A DNA stretch of 12,276 bases, from the IMG/VR virus record IMGVR_UViG_3300038435_000048, positions 1-12,276 of that record; one strand, written 5' to 3'. The stretch comes from a virus. Taxonomy: Duplodnaviria; Heunggongvirae; Uroviricota; Caudoviricetes. The stretch's first letter is position 1. Each line of letters begins with the position of its first letter. The position numbers and the translations under genes were made by a program. Positions 6,861 through 12,276 of this stretch are shown piece after piece. A model generated the notes under the pieces. That model made no database searches. It saw nothing but the letters and a program-made list of their open reading frames with translations, and had not been told where the DNA came from.

Positions 6861-7822
6861 AGCTTAAGAACTGTTCTCCATCACGTATCAAGACTTTTGA
6901 TATGTGTAAGTTTAAATACTGGCTTACCTATCATTGTCCCGATGTTAAACTCAGGTCTAATTGGGGTGCGGCTCATGGTTCTCTTTTGCATGACATTCTG
7001 GAGAATCTAGCCAATGGTGAAGATCCCGACTGGATGAGTCGTCTTTATCGAGGCTATGCTGGTGAGCTATCTACTCTAGATCGTAAGGGCAAGCCTGAGA
7101 TCATGGAGACGCCTTTGGTATGGGCCAAGACTAAGGATTACCACGACAAGAAACCATACTGCGATACTTGCCCTTACAAGCAGGGTGAGCTTTGTGGTAT
7201 TTCCAAACAGAGACTTGACGCTCTCACTGGCTGTCCACGGAATCTATTTGATGGATCAGTCAGTATGCTTGAGGCAACCATCAAGAAATACCGCAATGGC
7301 ATTTGGGATAAGATGTTGCGTAATGCAAATGGCGTCCCTATAGGTACTGAGTATTCGTTTGAAGTACCAATCAGTGGAACAAACATTCCTATTATTGGTA
7401 TTATGGACCTCGTGATTGAGGAAGATCCTGAAACGATTCATATCATTGACTACAAGAGCGGTGCTTGGGCTCAAGATTATGCTCAATGTCGTGATGATAT
7501 TCAAGTCAAGATCTACTCTATGGCTAGCCGCAAAGAGTTTATCGATGATGTGAATGGCAAGGGATACAAGTATAAGAACGTCATATTGACGTTTGATTAT
7601 TTCACTAGCGAGCCAATCACTATTGCCTTTACTGCCGATGAAGATGCGGCAACAGAAAAGTGGACCGCTAAGAAGATCAATGAGATCCAGAATACCGACT
7701 GGATTACACGCATTGTTCGTAACAATGATGACTTCGCATCTCGTGGAGCATGGAAGTGCAAGTCACTTTGTGATACCGAAGTCTGTGCTTCCAAGTGGAA
7801 GGGAAAGTTCCAAGCAGCATGA
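6854..7822 (+). CDS. PD-(D/E)XK nuclease of the RecB/AddB/Cas4-like family, probably with an Fe-S cluster
   Basis: SPSRIKTFDMC.FKY, GSLLHDILE, EYSF, IIGIMDLV, IHIIDYKSG and QVKIYS motifs. One N-terminal Cys (C18) plus three C-terminal Cys (C302, C306, C311). SD-like AAGGGG at 6843-6848. Confidence 0.88.
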   Translation: MLKLKNCSPSRIKTFDMCKFKYWLTYHCPDVKLRSNWGAAHGSLLHDILENLANGEDPDWMSRLYRGYAGELSTLDRKGKPEIMETPLVWAKTKDYHDKKPYCDTCPYKQGELCGISKQRLDALTGCPRNLFDGSVSMLEATIKKYRNGIWDKMLRNANGVPIGTEYSFEVPISGTNIPIIGIMDLVIEEDPETIHIIDYKSGAWAQDYAQCRDDIQVKIYSMASRKEFIDDVNGKGYKYKNVILTFDYFTSEPITIAFTADEDAATEKWTAKKINEIQNTDWITRIVRNNDDFASRGAWKCKSLCDTEVCASKWKGKFQAA

Positions 7823-8394
7823 TGGCACGTATTTCAAAGGACTGGGTGGACGCCTACTTTGACTATGGCGTTGACGTTATCAATCGCAAGGTTTTCTTGT
7901 TTGATGATGTTGACTCTACTAGCATTGGAGCCGTGATCAAAGGGCTGTATCTTATGGAAGCAGAAAACACCAAACCTATTGAGCTATTCATAGGATCTTT
8001 TGGTGGCTCTGAATACGACATGTTTGCCCTCTATGATGTATGTCGCACTCTTAAGAGTCCGATTCATACTACAGCGATTGGCAAATGCATGTCAGCGGCT
8101 CCATTGCTTGTCGCTGCTGGTGAAGAAGGATATCGATGGGCCACACCTAATACATTCTTTATGGTGCATGAAGCATGGGAAGAATTTGGTGTGAAACGCA
8201 TGGATGAGCTTGAATTAGATCTCAAGCATTACAAGCAAATGGGTGTGAGATGGGGCGAGCTTATGGGTAGACATAGCCAGAAGCCTGCCAAATTCTGGTT
8301 GGATCTTTGCAAGAAATCAGGGGATACCTATTTCGACGCTAAGCAAGCTTTGGCGTGGGGTTTGATTGACGACATTTGGGACGAAAAGGAATGA
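7819..8394 (+). CDS. clpP: ClpP-family serine protease (191 aa from ATG 7819)
   Basis: NRKVFLFDDV, PIELFIGSFGGS, IHTTAIGKCMSAA (catalytic S92 at 8092), MVH (H117 at 8167), GDTYF (D169 at 8323), and AKQALAWGLIDDI. The start at 7819 overlaps the upstream TGA (ATGA); 7822 is an alternative. Confidence 0.92.
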   Translation: MMARISKDWVDAYFDYGVDVINRKVFLFDDVDSTSIGAVIKGLYLMEAENTKPIELFIGSFGGSEYDMFALYDVCRTLKSPIHTTAIGKCMSAAPLLVAAGEEGYRWATPNTFFMVHEAWEEFGVKRMDELELDLKHYKQMGVRWGELMGRHSQKPAKFWLDLCKKSGDTYFDAKQALAWGLIDDIWDEKE

Positions 8395-8395
8395 T

Positions 8396-9079
8396 ATGGC
8401 AAAGTCAGTAGTACGTGTTATCTGTTGGAAACGCTCTCACGTTACAGAGCTAGTTATGAATCGAGCACAGGAACAAAAACTTGATGCCGACATTCCCAAG
8501 ATGAAGAAGGTTTGCCCTGATTGCAAACCAGAGAACTCCATGATTACGCTTGTCAATGGAGCCACTGTCTTCAATCCAGCTAAAGCGTATCGTTGCGAAA
8601 AGGGTCACCTGACCTTAATCTCGCCTATTAGCAACAACATCAACGTTTGTTTTGGTCCCGGCCACGATGAATTTGTGAACGTACAGGGCTCGCTCGCGGA
8701 GTTGCCGAATCTGATTGACGAAGGTGACATTGTATGTAATCATGTAGTGGATGGAAATCCTTGTAATTGCAAGCTTACCGCTATTGACGACTTCATGCTC
8801 AGCTATCCTTCTGCACCCGCTATTAAAACAAGAATGCGTATTGGCGATTTATGGGATCGTCACGGTATCGAGCCGGTACGTACGGGCAATTATGATGGAC
8901 AGGGCGGATACAACGAAAGCCGCTCTCAGAAGGCTAACAAGGATCGTCTGGCACGTATGCCAAGACAGCGTAACATCTCTAAAGATCGTCAGCCCGGTAA
9001 GACTGTCAATAAGGCCACAAAGAAAGATTACGGATATCGTAACAAATCATCCGTCAATCCAGACAGACTAGTCGAATGA
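8396..9079 (+). CDS. Hypothetical double zinc-ribbon protein with a basic, probably disordered C-terminal tail (227 aa)
   Basis: ATG at 8396 has AAGGA at 8386-8390 and sits 1 nt after the clpP stop. Metal-ligand pairs are C10-x4-H15 with C40-x2-C43, and C67-x3-H71 with C114/C123(C125). The last ~80 aa are rich in K/R/N/Q/D. Confidence 0.75.
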   Translation: MAKSVVRVICWKRSHVTELVMNRAQEQKLDADIPKMKKVCPDCKPENSMITLVNGATVFNPAKAYRCEKGHLTLISPISNNINVCFGPGHDEFVNVQGSLAELPNLIDEGDIVCNHVVDGNPCNCKLTAIDDFMLSYPSAPAIKTRMRIGDLWDRHGIEPVRTGNYDGQGGYNESRSQKANKDRLARMPRQRNISKDRQPGKTVNKATKKDYGYRNKSSVNPDRLVE

Positions 9080-12000
9080 ATTTCACACACCTAAGCGTTC
9101 ACTCCAAAGCGTCCATGCTCTATGGCTCAGCGAATGTCAAAGACATCGTTAAGCGTGTCAAAGAGCTTGGACAAACTGCCGTTGCTCTAACCGATTACTC
9201 AAATCTATTCAACGCGATTGAGTTCTACAAGCAAGCTAAAGCTGCGGGCATCAAGCCTATTCTAGGTATCGATGTCTTCTTCTGTGAAGACTCAGAGCAG
9301 TTACGCATTCAAAAGGTACGTCAGGTGTCACACTTGGTGTTACTTGCGGAAACCGATGCTGGCTGGAAGAATATTGCGAGGATTGTTTCAGAAGCAAACA
9401 GTGAGGCTAACTACTATTACTGCCCTCGTGTTGATTTCAAGCTGCTTGAAAAGTACAAAGAGGGAGTGATCTGTCTGACGGGTGGAAGTCTTGATGGTGT
9501 GATTGCTAAGCATCTATACGATAAACCAACCGAAGATGGAACGGACGTTGAGCCCGCAGCTATCTTCAAGGCCGAGGGTATGGTGCGTCGCTTCTTGAAG
9601 ATCTATGATCAAACACACTTCTTTCTGGAAGTGCAGGCGACTGGCTTGGTGCAGCAAGATCAGATCAATGCCCGCTTGCGTTCTATGGCTCTCAAGTATG
9701 GTGTGCGTACTGTAGCTACTGGCAACGTTCACTATGTTCACCAGCATGACGCTGAGTCGCACAAGACGTTGTTGGCGATGAGTGATAATCCATACGGCGG
9801 CAAGCTGACGTATACGGACTTCTCACACGAAGAATACTATATCAAGTCTCGCGATCAAATACTGGCTGCCGGTCTACAAGAGGCCGAACTTGATGTCACC
9901 AATGAAATCGCTGAGCGTTGCAATGTGACGATTGACGTAAACAAGCGACGCCTACCCAAGTATGCATTCATCCCTGATGGCAAGACTTCGGATGAGTACT
10001 TGGTTGAACTTGCAAATGATGGACTGTCACGCATCGCAAAGGTTGCTGGGTCAGCACAAGATTATCAGGACCGTCTAGATCGTGAACTAACGGACATTCG
10101 TGAGATGGGATTCTCTGACTACTTCCTCATCGTTCACGATGTTGTTTCGTGGGTGCGGAGTAAGGAAATCCTCCTCGGGCGTGGTCGTGGTTCTGCTGGC
10201 GGTAGCCTTGTGAGTTACGCTCTCGGGATTACCGATATTGATCCACTACAGTATGGCTTGATTTGGGAACGCTTCCTGAATAAGGGACGTGGTGGCTTGC
10301 CTGACATCGACACGGACGTACCGCGTTCGAAGCGTCAGAAGGTATTGGAGTACATTCGTAATCGCTTCGGTGCAGGTAACGTTGCTCAGCTTGTGACCTT
10401 CAATGGTCTGCAAGCGAGAGCCGTACTTAAGGAAGTGTTCCGTGTATACAATATGCCGTTCGATGAAGCCAACAAGATTACTGCGTTAGTGCCAGCTAAG
10501 AACGATGAGCACGTTGCAATTAGTCTAGATGAAGCTATTGAATCAGTGAAGGAACTAAAGGCGTACTCTGAAAAGTACAAGCCTTGGTTTACTATTGCTC
10601 GTGCTCTCGAAGGCTGCTATAAGTCCACTGGCCTGCATGCTGCCGCAGTTGTAATCTCTGATGTGCCGTTTGACGAGAGTGCATATCCACTGACACGATC
10701 CAAAGATGGCGATCCTATTTTCGGATGGGATATGAATACTGTCGATGGACTCAACCTACTCAAGCTAGACATTCTTGGTTTGAATACGCTTGATGATATT
10801 CAAGTCACGATGGACTTGGTGCGTAAGCGTCGCAAGATCGAGATTGCTCGTGAGACGATGCCGCTGGACGATCCGGTGACATACGCCATGCTTGGTCATG
10901 GCTTCACGGTTGGCGTCTTCCAAATCGAAAGACAGCTTGGTAGAACATGGAGCAAGAATCTAAAACCCGAGAACATCGATCAGCTTTCTGACTTGGTGTC
11001 TCTGATTCGTCCCGGTCCCATGGAAAGCGATATGCATACGCAGTATCGTGACGTAAAGATGAATGGGGCTGAGCCAACTTATATTCACCCATCTTTGGAG
11101 CCCATTCTTAAGAACACGTATTCTGGTCTGTTGTATCAAGAACAGGTCATTGAGATTTGTCGCGTACTTGCTGGCATGTCTTTGATCGACGCCGACAAGG
11201 TTCGTAAGGCGATGGGTAAGAAGAAGCCCGATGAAATGAAGAAGTGGCAAGAGGTCTTCACTTCTGGCTGTAGTAGGAATGGCATTGACCCCGACATTGC
11301 TCTAGCTATTTGGAGCTATATTGACAAGTTTGCCGGCTACGGTTTCAATAAATCTCACGGCGTAGGTTACGCTTTGATGGCATATGAGACCGCTTATCTG
11401 AAAGCTAATTACACTACAGAGTTTTTGTGTGCCAAGCTTACTAACTCTGATGGAGACTCCGAGAAGCTGAGCGGTCTCGTCTATGACGCCAAGCTGTTTG
11501 ACATTGAAGTGACGCCTCCGCGTGTGACGCATGCCAATAAAGACTTTGATGTCGTGACTGACAAGCATATTGCTTTCGGTCTTACAGCCCTCAAGGGTGT
11601 AGGTGTTGCTGCTGTTGCAGATATGATCAAGCTGTCAAAAGGACTCAAGACATTTGACGAGATCATTTGGAAGTGGGCAACGACCAAGAGTAAGGTGACT
11701 AGTGCCACTATGATGGCACTCATCAAGGGTGGTGCCTTTGACGACCTTCAAGAACATCGTGTACGTGGAGTAGCACGCTTGAAGTTGATTGACAGTCTTA
11801 CAGACAAGGAACGCGAGACGGTTCAAAAACTGATGCAGATTGAACCTGATGTGACAGACTGGGTTCGTTTTGTGAGATCGTTGTCAGACGATGATAAGTC
11901 TGAACAGATCAAAACAAAATATGGCGTGACAATTCCTAATGTTCGTCGTCGTTCGACCATCCAAGAACTGATCCAGGACTATGATAGTGGTGAGTTGTTT

Positions 12001-12276
12001 GATAGCAAATCACAACGCATTGTATGGGAACAGTTTTACATTGGCATCTCGCTGAGTGGTAGTGAAGCCGACGTTTACAAGTCGCGTCACAAGTGTGTTG
12101 ATCTCGTTAAGAACTCTTCTTCTGGTATGAGCTTTGAGATCGCCGTCTGTATTGATGGCGTGCGACAGATTGTCACGAAGAAGGGTGATCCTATGGCATT
12201 CCTAACTGCCAGAGACAATACCTATCAGATGGACAACATCGTTGTGTTCCCTAAGACGTTCGCAATCTCTAAGGGA
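9076..12276 (+). CDS. dnaE: DNA polymerase III alpha subunit (family C, DnaE type), 3'-truncated by the window edge
   Basis: Hand translation from ATG 9076 (ATGA overlap) gives 1067 codons with no stop. Motifs include PHP (HLSVHS, GIKPILG, HLVLLA), GRGRGSAGGSLV, catalytic PDIDTD, HAAAVVIS, KLDILGL, GVFQIE, RPGP, LYQEQV, GYGFNKSH, HhH (LKGVG), GAFD, and an OB fold (TKKGDPMAF...VVFPKTF). Confidence 0.97.
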   Translation, partial: MNFTHLSVHSKASMLYGSANVKDIVKRVKELGQTAVALTDYSNLFNAIEFYKQAKAAGIKPILGIDVFFCEDSEQLRIQKVRQVSHLVLLAETDAGWKNIARIVSEANSEANYYYCPRVDFKLLEKYKEGVICLTGGSLDGVIAKHLYDKPTEDGTDVEPAAIFKAEGMVRRFLKIYDQTHFFLEVQATGLVQQDQINARLRSMALKYGVRTVATGNVHYVHQHDAESHKTLLAMSDNPYGGKLTYTDFSHEEYYIKSRDQILAAGLQEAELDVTNEIAERCNVTIDVNKRRLPKYAFIPDGKTSDEYLVELANDGLSRIAKVAGSAQDYQDRLDRELTDIREMGFSDYFLIVHDVVSWVRSKEILLGRGRGSAGGSLVSYALGITDIDPLQYGLIWERFLNKGRGGLPDIDTDVPRSKRQKVLEYIRNRFGAGNVAQLVTFNGLQARAVLKEVFRVYNMPFDEANKITALVPAKNDEHVAISLDEAIESVKELKAYSEKYKPWFTIARALEGCYKSTGLHAAAVVISDVPFDESAYPLTRSKDGDPIFGWDMNTVDGLNLLKLDILGLNTLDDIQVTMDLVRKRRKIEIARETMPLDDPVTYAMLGHGFTVGVFQIERQLGRTWSKNLKPENIDQLSDLVSLIRPGPMESDMHTQYRDVKMNGAEPTYIHPSLEPILKNTYSGLLYQEQVIEICRVLAGMSLIDADKVRKAMGKKKPDEMKKWQEVFTSGCSRNGIDPDIALAIWSYIDKFAGYGFNKSHGVGYALMAYETAYLKANYTTEFLCAKLTNSDGDSEKLSGLVYDAKLFDIEVTPPRVTHANKDFDVVTDKHIAFGLTALKGVGVAAVADMIKLSKGLKTFDEIIWKWATTKSKVTSATMMALIKGGAFDDLQEHRVRGVARLKLIDSLTDKERETVQKLMQIEPDVTDWVRFVRSLSDDDKSEQIKTKYGVTIPNVRRRSTIQELIQDYDSGELFDSKSQRIVWEQFYIGISLSGSEADVYKSRHKCVDLVKNSSSGMSFEIAVCIDGVRQIVTKKGDPMAFLTARDNTYQMDNIVVFPKTFAISKG

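Larger units (their letters stand above)
1..12276 (+). mobile_element. Segment of a large dsDNA bacteriophage (or prophage) genome: end of a putative structural module plus a replication/recombination operon
   Basis: All genes are co-oriented and nearly all overlap. recA, dnaB, dnaG, clpP and dnaE are clustered in one operon, whereas they are normally scattered in bacterial chromosomes, and all are highly divergent from cellular consensus motifs. They are interspersed with short hypotheticals. No capsid, terminase or integrase gene lies in the window, so phage origin is inferred. Confidence 0.85.

Noticed and set aside
6854-7822. CRISPR-associated Cas4 locus
   Set aside because: No repeat-spacer array, cas1 or cas2 is present in the window. 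The Cys pattern is shared with stand-alone RecB/AddB-like phage nucleases.
7819-8394. ClpP as a prohead maturation protease
   Set aside because: No adjacent portal, scaffold or capsid gene, and it lies in a different transcription unit from the structural genes. Not formally excluded, but unsupported by context.
3894-8396. Longer starts given by the ORF track (3894, 5775, 7795, 8366)
   Set aside because: Downstream ATGs (3900, 5814, 7819, 8396) fit the operon's stop/start coupling or SD placement better, and the extensions are not family-like.
188-11826. Minus-strand and alternate-frame ORFs in the track (e.g. 188-628, 973-1233, 1121-1549, 2801-3265, 3040-3393, 4823-5155, 10960-11250)
   Set aside because: All lie within or antisense to well-supported + strand genes, lack family motifs and RBSs, and are expected shadows of biased codon usage.
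2744-12276. SOS mutagenesis cassette (imuA-imuB-dnaE2), suggested by the odd RecA and the PHP-dead DnaE
   Set aside because: There is no Y-family ImuB gene, the RecA is full length with its signature and C-terminal domain, and the polymerase is co-operonic with helicase and primase, which points to a replicative role.
2744-12276. Inteins or group I/II introns in recA, dnaB or dnaE, which are common insertion hotspots
   Set aside because: All three read through with continuous motif spacing and no several-hundred-residue inserts. The cyanobacterial DnaE intein site region reads uninterrupted KFAGYGFNKSH.
1-12276. Stop-codon reassignment (TAG or TGA recoding, as in some large phages)
   Set aside because: Genes are full length under the standard code. 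TGA, TAA and TAG all occur at sensible gene ends; read-through of TAG at 974 would hit TAA within four codons.
1-12276. tRNA, rRNA or structured ncRNA genes, or a replication origin
   Set aside because: The only non-coding gaps are 977-1066 and 1727-1831; neither shows a cloverleaf, an AT-rich unwinding element or DnaA boxes.

Overview
This window looks like a segment of a large dsDNA (tailed-type) bacteriophage genome; every credible gene is on the + strand. Positions 1-1726 hold the end of a probable virion/structural module: a 5'-truncated beta-rich protein and a 219-aa Gly/Ala/Asn/Thr-rich protein. That module ends in a three-copy repeat element and a strong intrinsic terminator (1724-1799). 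Positions 1832->12276 form one overlap-coupled replication/recombination operon of ten genes: two hypotheticals, a divergent RecA, a DUF559/Vsr-like endonuclease, a DnaB-like helicase, a short DnaG-type primase, a RecB/Cas4-like PD-(D/E)XK nuclease, ClpP, a double zinc-ribbon protein and DNA polymerase III alpha (DnaE). The DnaE gene is missing from the ORF track because it runs off the window; I translated it by hand from 9076 to the end (1067 codons, no stop). The individual families are known. The unusual points are a triad-intact but structurally rewired ClpP plus a Zn-ribbon protein inside the replisome operon, a RecA with a GxxxxCKT P-loop, a nuclease with an extra 4-Cys insert, a DnaE whose PHP metal site has degenerated in an E. 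coli-like pattern, and a two-state repeat hairpin just before the terminator. Family calls come from motif recognition only; no database search was run, so novelty is unproven.
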